Positions 9,420 through 18,637 of a stretch of 64,000 nt of DNA are shown one piece after another. The position numbers and the translations under genes are program-made. The stretch is taken from positions 22,823 through 86,822 of the forward strand of contig JAVWAV010000001.1 in assembly GCA_036649855.1 (NCBI GenBank). Direction: 5' to 3'. The stretch comes from Bacilli bacterium. GTDB lineage: Bacteria > Bacillota_I > Bacilli_A > RFN20 > CAG-826. The stretch's first letter is position 1; each line of letters begins with the position of its first letter. Under the pieces are notes generated by a model. That model was not told the origin of the DNA, made no database searches, and saw only the letters and a program-made list of their open reading frames with translations.

Positions 9420-10679
9420 TCCTTTAGGATATGTATTTTTAAGCAATTTTTCGACTGATTTTGCAAATGTGATTGGAACATTGTGATATTTAATTTGATA
9501 ATAAGCATTTTCAACTTCCGTTGTTATGCCTAATCCCCAAAAATAGCGGTTTTTTTCAGCTTCAGTTAAATTTATCACTCTTTCAAACGGAAAATTCATA
9601 TGTGCGAGAGCAAATGTTGGAGTTTCTATTTTTCCTTTTACTAAAGCTATATGCACTCCATAACGAAGAACTTTTAATGAATTGGTTTTTACTGTAGTAA
9701 AATATCCGTAAACATTATCAAGTTTTCTAACTCTGCTATGAAAAGTAATGTCGTATTTATTTGCTAATATTGATCGATAATTATTGTCTAAAACGTATGG
9801 CGATTTTTCTGATTTGCCATTCTTTTTTAAAATTGCAATAAATTGTCCTTCACCTTTAAATTTATGTGGAAATAAATATGTAGATTCTTTTAAAAGATCT
9901 GGGTGATAAAAAGATTCGTCTTCCATTGTTAAAATTGGTGAAAAATCATCATGTTCAGCTAAGAAATTATTGATTTGAAGTTCGTTTTCTTCAGGAGAAA
10001 GAGAACAAGTCGAATAAGAAATTAATCCGCCGTCTTTTAACATATAACTAGCCATTTCTAAAAGATTTTTTTGAATAGGTAATAAACGAACGATTTTATT
10101 TGTGCTCCAAAGCTTAAAAGCTTCCTCATTTTTTCTAAACATAAAAGAACCAGAACAAGGGACATCAATTATTATTTTATCGAATGATTTTTTGAAGTTT
10201 TTATAAACTTCAGAAAAATCATTGTTTGAAACAACGACGTTTGGAAAACCAAATTTTTCAATATTTGAAGATAATATCTTTGAACGTTCATAATCTATTT
10301 CATTAGATAATAAAAATCCTGTTCCATCTAGCTTTAAAAGAGTGTCGATAGATTTGCCACCAGGAGCGGCACACATGTCTAAAACACTGTCACCTTTTTC
10401 TATTTTTAAAAATTCAACAGGCATCATAGCTGAAGCATCTTGAATATAAAGTACGCCATTTTTAAAAAGATAACTATTGCCTAATTTATAGGTGTTATCG
10501 TAATAATAGGCATTATCTATAAATTTATGTTTACCTAATAATGGAATTTCACTTATAAATGATTTGTTATAGCGAGGATTTAAAATAAAAGAAGAAACTT
10601 TTTCTTTTTCAAAAGAATCCAAAATTTCCTTAATGAGATCGCTTTTATAACTAAGACTGAGATATTGTTCAAAATTCAT
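9405..10679 (-). CDS. RsmB/RsmF-family rRNA cytosine-C5 methyltransferase
   Basis: SAM-binding motif DMCAAPGGKS, catalytic DVPCSG and TCS motifs of the NOL1/NOP2/Sun family, and a long C-terminal domain as in RsmF. TATAAT on the minus strand (10691-10686) lies 6 nt before the ATG. Confidence 0.8.
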   Translation of the reverse strand: MNFEQYLSLSYKSDLIKEILDSFEKEKVSSFILNPRYNKSFISEIPLLGKHKFIDNAYYYDNTYKLGNSYLFKNGVLYIQDASAMMPVEFLKIEKGDSVLDMCAAPGGKSIDTLLKLDGTGFLLSNEIDYERSKILSSNIEKFGFPNVVVSNNDFSEVYKNFKKSFDKIIIDVPCSGSFMFRKNEEAFKLWSTNKIVRLLPIQKNLLEMASYMLKDGGLISYSTCSLSPEENELQINNFLAEHDDFSPILTMEDESFYHPDLLKESTYLFPHKFKGEGQFIAILKKNGKSEKSPYVLDNNYRSILANKYDITFHSRVRKLDNVYGYFTTVKTNSLKVLRYGVHIALVKGKIETPTFALAHMNFPFERVINLTEAEKNRYFWGLGITTEVENAYYQIKYHNVPITFAKSVEKLLKNTYPKGLRNK

Positions 10680-10709
10680 ACTAATATTATAATATATTTT
10701 TATTATTTT

Positions 10710-10718
10710 TGATATAAT
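10710..10718 (+). promoter_or_regulatory. Extended -10 promoter element (TGaTATAAT) for pdp
   Basis: Exact TGATATAAT lies 23 nt upstream of the pdp ATG and is followed by the SD GTGAGG (10726-10731). Confidence 0.5.
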
Positions 10719-10741
10719 ACTTAAAGTGAGGTTAAAAATTT

Positions 10742-12043
10742 ATGAGAATGTTAGACATAGTTGAAAAGAAACGTAACAAAGGCGTTTTAAACGAGCAAGA
10801 AATTAAATTCTTTATTGACGGATACGTGGCTGGAAATATTCCAGATTACCAAGTATCAGCACTTTTAATGTCAATTTATTTTAATGGAATGAACAAGGAA
10901 GAAATTGCTTTTTTAACAAAAGCAATGCTTTATAGTGGAGATTTAATTGATTTAAGCTCTATTAAAGGCGTAAAAGTTGATAAGCACTCAACAGGTGGAG
11001 TTGGAGATAAAACATCTTTAGCATTAGGACCAATGGTCGCTGCTTGTGGCGCTAAATTAGCTAAAATGTCTGGTAGAGGATTAGGCCATACTGGTGGTAC
11101 TCTTGACAAAATGGAATCAATTCCTGGATTAAGTATTATAAAAGAAAGAGATGCTTTTATTAAACAAGTAAACGATATTGGCATTGCAATTGTCGGTCAA
11201 AGCGGACATTTAGTTCCAGCCGATAAGAAACTTTATGCATTAAGAGATGTAACTTGTACAGTTGATTCAATTCCTTTAATTGCTTCATCTATCATGTCAA
11301 AGAAATTAGCATCAGGCAGTGATACAATTTTACTCGATGTAAAAGTTGGCTCAGGTGCCTTTATGAAAGATCTTGAAAGCGCTAGAAAATTAGCACATAC
11401 CATGGTTGATATCGGAGATTCATTTAAAAAAGATACAAGAGCTATGCTTAGTGATATGGATCAACCATTAGGTTGCGCCGTTGGTAACTCTCTTGAAGTA
11501 ATTGAAGCTGTTAATACTTTAAAAGGTCATGGACCAAAAGATTTTGTTGAATTATGTTTCTGTGCTGGTTCAATTATGCTTGTTCAAGCAAAAATTGTTA
11601 AAACAGTAGAAGAAGGCAGAAAAATGTTGCAAGAAAAAATCGATGATGGCAGTGCTTTTATCAAATTAAAAGAATTTATTGCTGCTCAAGGTGGCGATAC
11701 GTCATATTTAGATGACACTTCAAAATTTGCTGTTGCAAAACACATTATTCCTGTTTGTTCAAAAGAAAAAGGTTATATTAACTACATTAATGCTTCAGAA
11801 GTTGGCGAATACGCTATGAAACTTGGAGCAGGTAGAGAAACTCTTGAAGACGTAATTGATAATGCTGCTGGTATTATCCTTGAAAAGAAAATTGGTGATT
11901 TTGTAAATGTTGGTGATGTATTATGTTACATCCATACAAATAAAGAAGATTACGCCGAAATTGTAAAAGGATTAGCTGAAAATTTCATTATTAAAGCAAC
12001 AAAAAGAGAAGAACACAGAGTTATTTACGAAGTTATTGTTTAA
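10742..12043 (+). CDS. pdp: Pyrimidine-nucleoside phosphorylase
   Basis: 433 aa with the DKHSTGGVGDK and GRGLGHTGGTLDK signatures of thymidine/pyrimidine-nucleoside phosphorylases. Confidence 0.9.
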   Translation: MRMLDIVEKKRNKGVLNEQEIKFFIDGYVAGNIPDYQVSALLMSIYFNGMNKEEIAFLTKAMLYSGDLIDLSSIKGVKVDKHSTGGVGDKTSLALGPMVAACGAKLAKMSGRGLGHTGGTLDKMESIPGLSIIKERDAFIKQVNDIGIAIVGQSGHLVPADKKLYALRDVTCTVDSIPLIASSIMSKKLASGSDTILLDVKVGSGAFMKDLESARKLAHTMVDIGDSFKKDTRAMLSDMDQPLGCAVGNSLEVIEAVNTLKGHGPKDFVELCFCAGSIMLVQAKIVKTVEEGRKMLQEKIDDGSAFIKLKEFIAAQGGDTSYLDDTSKFAVAKHIIPVCSKEKGYINYINASEVGEYAMKLGAGRETLEDVIDNAAGIILEKKIGDFVNVGDVLCYIHTNKEDYAEIVKGLAENFIIKATKREEHRVIYEVIV

Positions 12044-13298
12044 TTTTCTTTAGTTCACGTAAATTAGAAGAACGTTTAATTTGTTTATATTTATTATAAT
12101 TTAGAAATAAGGATTCATCGTATTTAGATGATCCTTTTTTCATATAAAATTCAATATCTTTAATTTGATCAGGAAGATATTGAATTTTATCCCATAGATC
12201 TGGACGATCATATGGATATTTATCGATATCATCAACTTCAACAGGAGTGTATTTTAAATAGTCTTTTACTGGAAGTTGATATTTGCTAACAAACTCCATG
12301 GTTTTTTCAATAGCATCAACAGAAGTACGTGATTTAGGAGATAATGCTAAATCAACAACTGCAAAACCAAGCGGAATAGAGGCTTCAGGGAAGCCTAAAT
12401 CTTTTGCTGCTTCAATTGCATTACGAGTTCTATCAACTGCTTGAGGATTGCCTAAACCGACATCTTCATATGCTATAACGAGCAAACGACGAGCAATTGA
12501 AGCTAAATCTTCACTAATACATAAACGAGCAAGATAAAATAAGGCGGCATCAACATCACTTCCACGAATTGATTTTTGAAGTGCGCTTACAGCATCGTAA
12601 TGATCATCTTCGTTTTTATCCATTAAATAATTACTTTTTAGTTCATTTTTAATATCTTCGTCGGTGATTTCCTTTTTGTTTTTAAATGTTAAAAATAAAA
12701 TTTCTAACATATTAAAAGCAAAACGTAAATCACCACCACTTATATTAGCGATGTATGATATTTGATTGTTATTAAGGATTAACTTGTTATTTAAACCGAT
12801 TGGAGAAGTAATTGCTTTTCTTATTCCTATTTCTATTTCAGAAGATTTTAAAGGTTTTACTTCTAATAAATGGCATCTACTTCTAATAGCTTTATTAATT
12901 GAAATATAAGGGTTAGCTGTTGTTGTGCCTAAAACAGTAAATAAACCGTTTTCTAAGTGTGGTAAAAGAAGATCTTGTTTATCTTTATTTAAACGATGAA
13001 TTTCATCGATAATAACCACTAAATGAGAATAAAGTTTAGCACTTTCGATTATTTCATCGATATCTTTTTTATTTGATGTGACTGCATTTATTTTTATTGT
13101 GTGAAAACCTAATTCATTAGCGTAACATTCAGCAATACTCGATTTTCCAGTTCCAGGTGGACCATAAAAGATGATAGAAATTGGTGTTTTTTCAGTAATT
13201 GAATTTTTAAGTAAAGAATTTTCACCAAATAGATGTTCTTGACCAAGAACATCTATTAATTTTTGAGGTCTCATTCTAATTGCTAATGGGTAAATCAT
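12033..13298 (-). CDS. rarA: Replication-associated recombination protein A (AAA+ ATPase)
   Basis: Walker A GPPGTGKSS, Walker B VVIIDEIHR and a MgsA C-terminal domain. The start is set at MIYPLAIRMRPQ, which matches the B. subtilis YrvN N-terminus and lies 7 nt after a minus-strand TATAAT (13311-13306). The longest ORF extends to 13346 and would overlap the dtd start. Confidence 0.88.
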   Translation of the reverse strand: MIYPLAIRMRPQKLIDVLGQEHLFGENSLLKNSITEKTPISIIFYGPPGTGKSSIAECYANELGFHTIKINAVTSNKKDIDEIIESAKLYSHLVVIIDEIHRLNKDKQDLLLPHLENGLFTVLGTTTANPYISINKAIRSRCHLLEVKPLKSSEIEIGIRKAITSPIGLNNKLILNNNQISYIANISGGDLRFAFNMLEILFLTFKNKKEITDEDIKNELKSNYLMDKNEDDHYDAVSALQKSIRGSDVDAALFYLARLCISEDLASIARRLLVIAYEDVGLGNPQAVDRTRNAIEAAKDLGFPEASIPLGFAVVDLALSPKSRTSVDAIEKTMEFVSKYQLPVKDYLKYTPVEVDDIDKYPYDRPDLWDKIQYLPDQIKDIEFYMKKGSSKYDESLFLNYNKYKQIKRSSNLRELKKIKQ

Positions 13299-13344
13299 AT
13301 AATTAATTATATCTAATTTATTCATTATTTTATATAATAATAAC

Positions 13345-13788
13345 ATGAAAATTATAATTCAAAACGTAACTGGAGCAAGTTGTGAAATAAATAATGAGAT
13401 TTATTCTCAAATAGATAAAGGGTTTTGTCTATTTGTTTCATTTACTAATGATGATACGGAAGAAATAATTGAAAAAATGGCTAATAAACTCATGAAATTA
13501 AGAGTTTTTAACGATGAAGATGGTAAAACTAACTTAAATTTAGAACAAGTTAATGGTGAAATATTAAGCATTTCACAGTTTACTCTTTATGCATCTTGCA
13601 AAGGAATGAATCGACCATCATTTTTAAATTGTCTAAGTTTTGATAAAGCTAATATATTTTATAACTACTTTAATTCACTCATAAGTGAAAAATTTACTGT
13701 TAAAACAGGTATATTTGGAGCAGATATGAAAATTCATATTATAAATGATGGTCCATTTACTATTATTTTGGACAGTAAAGAGATATGA
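13345..13788 (+). CDS. dtd: D-aminoacyl-tRNA deacylase
   Basis: 147 aa with the SQFTLYA and NRPSF motifs. TATAAT 13333-13338 lies 6 nt before the ATG and there is no SD. Confidence 0.9.
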   Translation: MKIIIQNVTGASCEINNEIYSQIDKGFCLFVSFTNDDTEEIIEKMANKLMKLRVFNDEDGKTNLNLEQVNGEILSISQFTLYASCKGMNRPSFLNCLSFDKANIFYNYFNSLISEKFTVKTGIFGADMKIHIINDGPFTIILDSKEI

Positions 13789-13798
13789 GGAAACAGAT

Positions 13799-14935
13799 AT
13801 GAAAGTAATGTTAGGATTATCGGGTGGAGTGGATAGTGCAGTAGCTGCTTATTTGCTAAAGAAAGATGGCTACGAAGTTATAGGATGTTTTATGCGCAAT
13901 TGGGATGCACTTGCAAATAATGATTATTTAGGAAATCCAACTATAAATGACAGCCAATGTCCACAAGAAGCAGATTATGAAGATGCAAAAGCTGTTGCAG
14001 AAAAATTAGGCATTCCATTTATGAGAATTGATTTTGTTAAAGAATATTGGGATAATGTTTTTTCATATTTTTTAGAAGAATATAAACTAGGAAGAACGCC
14101 AAATCCTGATGTTTTTTGTAATAAATATATTAAATTTGATGCTTTTTTATCATTTGCTCTTAAATCAGGTTGTGACATGATTGCAATGGGACATTACGCA
14201 AAAAGAATAGATAAAAATGGAAAAGTATATCTTGCGAAAGCTCATGATCTTAATAAAGATCAATCTTATTTTTTGTGTCAAATTTCTGAAGAGCAATTAA
14301 GCCATTCAATATTTCCTTTAGGAGATATTGATAAACCAGAAGTAAGAAAAATAGCAAAAGAACTTGACTTAAAAGTTGCCACAAAAAAAGATTCGACAGG
14401 AATTTGCTTTATCGGAGAAAGAAATTTTAAAAAATTCTTACAAAATTATATTCCAGCAAAAAAAGGCGAAATTAGAAACGTGGATACCAATGAAGTATTA
14501 GGAGAACATGAAGGTGTTTTATATTATACAATTGGACAAAGAAAAGGTTTGGGAATTGGTGGAATTAAAGGAATAGAAAATACAAGATGGTTCGTTACTT
14601 CAAAAGATGTAAAAAACAATATTTTATATGTTTCTTCTGGAGATGAGAATGATCATTTATTTAGTGATTCATCTATCATTAGCAAATGCAATTTCATTGG
14701 TTATACACCAGTTGATGGCGAAGAAATAAATGTTAAATTTAGATATCGTCAAACTGATTTACCTTGCAAGATTCAAGTCATTGATTCTACAACTTTAAAA
14801 CTCATTCATTTACAAAAATATAAGGCTGTTACACCTGGTCAAATCGCAGCATTTTATAAAGGCGATTTATGCATAGGCGGTGGTATTATTGATAAAGTAA
14901 TGCTAAATAGTAAAGAATTAGTATATTATAAGTAG
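13799..14935 (+). CDS. mnmA: tRNA 2-thiouridine(34) synthase
   Basis: PP-loop motif GLSGGVDSAV, plus the NPDVFCN and DQSYFL motifs. SD GAGGAAA overlaps the dtd stop, so the start is ATG 13799 rather than 13745. Confidence 0.93.
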   Translation: MKVMLGLSGGVDSAVAAYLLKKDGYEVIGCFMRNWDALANNDYLGNPTINDSQCPQEADYEDAKAVAEKLGIPFMRIDFVKEYWDNVFSYFLEEYKLGRTPNPDVFCNKYIKFDAFLSFALKSGCDMIAMGHYAKRIDKNGKVYLAKAHDLNKDQSYFLCQISEEQLSHSIFPLGDIDKPEVRKIAKELDLKVATKKDSTGICFIGERNFKKFLQNYIPAKKGEIRNVDTNEVLGEHEGVLYYTIGQRKGLGIGGIKGIENTRWFVTSKDVKNNILYVSSGDENDHLFSDSSIISKCNFIGYTPVDGEEINVKFRYRQTDLPCKIQVIDSTTLKLIHLQKYKAVTPGQIAAFYKGDLCIGGGIIDKVMLNSKELVYYK

Positions 14936-14960
14936 TAAATTAGTAGTTTTTAAGTAAATT
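14928..14960 (-). repeat. Three tandem 11-nt units of the wwACTACTAAT family (site A)
   Basis: Read on the minus strand: AATTTACTTAA|AAACTACTAAT|TTACTACTTAT. The array overlaps the mnmA stop codon (14933-14935). Confidence 0.6.
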
Positions 14961-15059
14961 ATTTGGGTTTTCTTTTATATTTAAAATAATTGTCTTTGTT
15001 TTAACACTTTTAATGTTAATTATCTTTTATATTAAATTATAAGTGTATATAATATAAAT

Positions 15060-15256
15060 ATTAAAGAAAAAGATACTTATTTTGTTATTAGAGAAGTAGC
15101 GGTTGGTGAAAGCTATTCGAGGTAAATATCAGGCCACTTTATGTTATGCTAATCACATCGTATATCTTGCGTTAAAAGATCAATTGAGTGCATTTAATAT
15201 GAATAAGGATGGTACCGCGGAGAAATTCGTTCCTTTATATAAGGTACTTTTTTTAT
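15060..15256 (+). promoter_or_regulatory. T-box riboswitch leader (alanine-specific) of alaS
   Basis: AGAGA bulge at 15090-15094 and a distal loop GGTTGGTGAAA at 15101-15111. Conserved T-box sequence AAGGATGGTACCGCG at 15205-15219. T-run at 15248-15254, followed by SD AGGAG and the alaS ATG. Candidate specifier codons are GCC (15133-15135) and GCT (15148-15150), each followed by A. The 5' boundary is approximate: a TATAAT sits at 15048-15053. Confidence 0.85.
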
Positions 15257-15270
15257 TTAAAGGAGATAAT

Positions 15271-17874
15271 ATGAAAAAATTAAGTTCCCAAGAAATCAGA
15301 AATACGTGGTTAAACTTTTTTAAAGAAAGAGGACACATGGTTGAACCAGGTGCTAGTTTAATTCCTCAAAACGATCCAACTTTGTTATGGATTAATAGTG
15401 GCGTTGCTGCATTAAAAAAATATTTTGATGGTTCAGTAGTTCCACCTTGTAGACGCATTACTAACGTACAAAAATCGATTCGAACAAACGATATTGAAAA
15501 CGTTGGAAAAACAGCTCGTCATCACACATTCTTTGAAATGTTGGGCAATTTTTCCATTGGAGATTACTTTAGAAAAGAAGTAGTTGAATGGGCTTTTGAT
15601 ATATTAACTAACGAAAAATACTTTGGTTTAGATGTAAATAAAATATATGTTACATATAATCCAACTGATTTAGAAACGAAAAAACTATGGATTAAAGCAG
15701 GTCTTGATCCTGAACATTTGATTCCACTTGAAGGAAACTATTGGCAAATTGGTGAAGGACCATGTGGTCCAAATACCGAAGTTTTCTTTGATCGTGGAGA
15801 AAAATACGATAAAGAAAACATTGGTATAAAACTCTTAAAAGAAGATCTTGAAAACGACCGTTATATTGAATTATGGGGAATTGTTTTCTCCCAATATAAC
15901 GCTGTTAACGGCGTAGAAAGAAAAGATTATAAAGAATTACCAAGTAAAAATATTGATACTGGAGCAGGTCTTGAACGTATTACTTGTGTTCTCCAAGAAA
16001 CAGAAACAAATTTTGAAACAGATCTTTTCATGCCAATGATTAAACAAGTTGAAAAAATTACTAATGTAAAATATGAATCAAATAAAATGGCCTTTAGAGT
16101 AATAGCTGATCATTCAAGAAGCTGTGTATTTGCTCTTGCAGATGGAGAATATTTTTCCAATGAAGGAAGAGGATATGTTTTACGTAGATTATTAAGAAGA
16201 GCAATGAGATATGGAATGCAATTAGGCATTAATGAACCATTTTTATATAAATTAGTTCCAACGATTATTAACGTTATGAAAGGCTATTATCCTTATTTAA
16301 TTAGTAAAGATGGGTACTTACAAAAGTTAATTAAATCTGAAGAAGAAAAGTTTATTAAAACGCTTCATACAGGTGGAAAATTGCTAGATTCCATTTTAGA
16401 TAAAAATGAAGGAATTACTGGAGAAGAAGTATTTAAACTATATGATACATACGGTTTTCCTGTGGAATTAACAAAAGAAATATGTGAAGAACGTGATATA
16501 AACGTTGATATGGAAGAATTTAAAAAGCTAATGGAGCTTCAAAAAGAAAGAGCAAGATCCTCACGTAACGGACTTGAATCAATGAACAAACAATCCAAAG
16601 ATTTAATGGATTTTACAACTCCTAGTGTCTTTAATTATGATAAATTATTATTAAAAGGCAAAGTTATCAGTCTCTTTAAAGATGGAAAATCGGTAAATGC
16701 AATTGATGATGAAGGATATGTAATATTTGATAAAACCCCATTCTACGCAGAAATGGGCGGTCAAATTTCTGATGATGGACAAATTTATAATGTCACAACA
16801 AGAGCTCTTGTTGATGATGTTACCATTGCTCCTCAAAAACAAAACTTACATCACATTATTCTTCAAACTGGAGAAATAAAAATTGGTGATGTGCTTACTT
16901 TAGAAGTTAATAAAGAAAGAAGAATTCAAATTGAATGCAATCATAGTGCAACACATTTATTGCATGCTGCTTTAGAGAAAATTTTGGGTTGTTCAATTGA
17001 ACAAAAAGGTAGTTTTGTTAGCGATAAATATTTAAGATTTGACTTTAATCATTTAGATAAGATTTCAATTGAACAACTTCAAGAAATTGAAAAAACAGTT
17101 AATTGTTATATTAATAATGGATTGGTTGAAGAAACAATGGTATTAGATATTGATGAAGCAATAAAAACAGGTGCAAAACATGATTTTGGTGATAAATACG
17201 GCGATACAGTTCGTGTTGTTACCTTTGGTGAAATATCTAAAGAATTTTGTGGAGGAACACATGTTAAGAATACTAAAGATATTGGTATCTTTATTATTAA
17301 ATCAGAAGAGTCAATTGCTGCAGGAACGCGTAGGATTGAGGCTTGCACAGGTAGTGCGGTTTATGAAGAACTTAAAGCCAGAGAACGCACAGAAGGAATT
17401 CTTAATTCACTTGTTTCATCAAAGAGCTTAATTGAAACAATTGATAAAATGAAATCTATTATTAGTGAAAACAAAGAATTAGTTAAAGCAAATAACGAAC
17501 TTAATGATAAAATTGCTGCAGGAAAAGCCGAAGAACTGATTTTAAATGTTAAAAAAGTTAAAGATGTCAGCATTATATTAAATTATGATTCAAGCAATAA
17601 TAGAGAAAGTATTACAAAAATCAGTGATTTTATTAAGTCAAAACTTAGTAAAGCCTTAATTGTTTTAATCGGTAAAAAAAGTGGAGAGACATATCCAATT
17701 GTTATTTCTTTAACAAAAGACTTAACAAATGAATTTAAAGCTGGTATAATTTTGGCACGTGTCGTTGATATTTTAGGTGGATCAGGTGGAGGCAGACCTG
17801 ATTATGCTTGTGGAGCTGTTAAAAATGTTGATCAAATTGATCAAATAGAAAATCTAATTAAGGAATTGATTTAA
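15271..17874 (+). CDS. alaS: Alanine--tRNA ligase
   Basis: The N-terminus MKKLSSQEIRNTWLNFFKERGH is classical AlaRS. HSATHLLH and FCGGTH editing-domain motifs and a C-terminal DHHA1-like domain are present. AGGAG lies 6 nt before ATG 15271. The ORF-track extension to 15103 runs through the T-box. Confidence 0.97.
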   Translation: MKKLSSQEIRNTWLNFFKERGHMVEPGASLIPQNDPTLLWINSGVAALKKYFDGSVVPPCRRITNVQKSIRTNDIENVGKTARHHTFFEMLGNFSIGDYFRKEVVEWAFDILTNEKYFGLDVNKIYVTYNPTDLETKKLWIKAGLDPEHLIPLEGNYWQIGEGPCGPNTEVFFDRGEKYDKENIGIKLLKEDLENDRYIELWGIVFSQYNAVNGVERKDYKELPSKNIDTGAGLERITCVLQETETNFETDLFMPMIKQVEKITNVKYESNKMAFRVIADHSRSCVFALADGEYFSNEGRGYVLRRLLRRAMRYGMQLGINEPFLYKLVPTIINVMKGYYPYLISKDGYLQKLIKSEEEKFIKTLHTGGKLLDSILDKNEGITGEEVFKLYDTYGFPVELTKEICEERDINVDMEEFKKLMELQKERARSSRNGLESMNKQSKDLMDFTTPSVFNYDKLLLKGKVISLFKDGKSVNAIDDEGYVIFDKTPFYAEMGGQISDDGQIYNVTTRALVDDVTIAPQKQNLHHIILQTGEIKIGDVLTLEVNKERRIQIECNHSATHLLHAALEKILGCSIEQKGSFVSDKYLRFDFNHLDKISIEQLQEIEKTVNCYINNGLVEETMVLDIDEAIKTGAKHDFGDKYGDTVRVVTFGEISKEFCGGTHVKNTKDIGIFIIKSEESIAAGTRRIEACTGSAVYEELKARERTEGILNSLVSSKSLIETIDKMKSIISENKELVKANNELNDKIAAGKAEELILNVKKVKDVSIILNYDSSNNRESITKISDFIKSKLSKALIVLIGKKSGETYPIVISLTKDLTNEFKAGIILARVVDILGGSGGGRPDYACGAVKNVDQIDQIENLIKELI

Positions 17875-18293
17875 TGAAAATAATTGGATTAGATCTCGGC
17901 ACAACAACATGTGGAATTGCTATTACTGATTCTCTTCTTATTTGTGCTCATGGGTACGAAAATTATAGATTTGAACCAGGAAATTACAAGAAATGCCGTG
18001 AACATATTTTAGAGATTTTAGCAAAAGAAAACGTGAGTGAACTTTGTATTGGACTTCCTCTTCACATGAGTGGAGATGAATCTGATAGAAGCGAATCAAC
18101 AAGAAGATTTGTTGATGATCTCTTAAAAGAAAGTCCAAATTTAAAGGTTGAATTTGTTGATGAAAGAATGACTACTATTATTGCAAATAAGCGTTTAATG
18201 GAAGCAAATGTTTCACATTCTAAAAGAAAAGAAGTTATTGACAAAATGGCTGCTGTAGCTATTTTAGAAAGTTATTTACAAATAAGGAGATAG
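17874..18293 (+). CDS. ruvX: Holliday junction resolvase-like protein RuvX (YqgF)
   Basis: 139 aa. IGLDLGTTTCGIA N-terminus and conserved position after alaS. TAATG overlap with alaS. Confidence 0.9.
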   Translation: MKIIGLDLGTTTCGIAITDSLLICAHGYENYRFEPGNYKKCREHILEILAKENVSELCIGLPLHMSGDESDRSESTRRFVDDLLKESPNLKVEFVDERMTTIIANKRLMEANVSHSKRKEVIDKMAAVAILESYLQIRR

Positions 18294-18297
18294 TTAC

Positions 18298-18576
18298 ATG
18301 GAAGAACTACAAAATGGAAGTCGTATAGTTGTTGAAGGAGAAGATGGCGAGACAAAAGAAATGATTGTTCTTTTTAGATTTACCAGTGAAGAAAATCAAA
18401 AGAATTATTTGTTTTTAGTCGAAAATGAAGATGATGAAAATGTCATTCTTTGTGAATATGTTGAAGATGGTGAGGAATTTGTTTTAAAACCAGTAGAAGA
18501 TGAAAAAACTCTTGCAATGGGTCAAGAAGTCTTAGACTCATTTGATGAAGATTTAGAACCAATCGAAAAAGAATAA
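18298..18576 (+). CDS. DUF1292 domain protein (YrzB-like)
   Basis: 92-aa acidic protein in the conserved position after ruvX. The pattern of the (L/F)F-x-F segment, YLFLV and a C-terminal EVLDSF matches DUF1292. Confidence 0.8.
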   Translation: MEELQNGSRIVVEGEDGETKEMIVLFRFTSEENQKNYLFLVENEDDENVILCEYVEDGEEFVLKPVEDEKTLAMGQEVLDSFDEDLEPIEKE

Positions 18577-18637
18577 ATTGTTATACAATAATAACATTAT
18601 TTTTGATATCATATTAAAGTTGTAAAAGGAGATAGGA

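Noticed and set aside
15103-15270. 5' extension of the alaS ORF (MVKAIRGKYQ...)
   Set aside because: The region contains the T-box leader, a T-run and a strong SD immediately before ATG 15271. The AlaRS homology starts at MKKLSSQEIRNTW.
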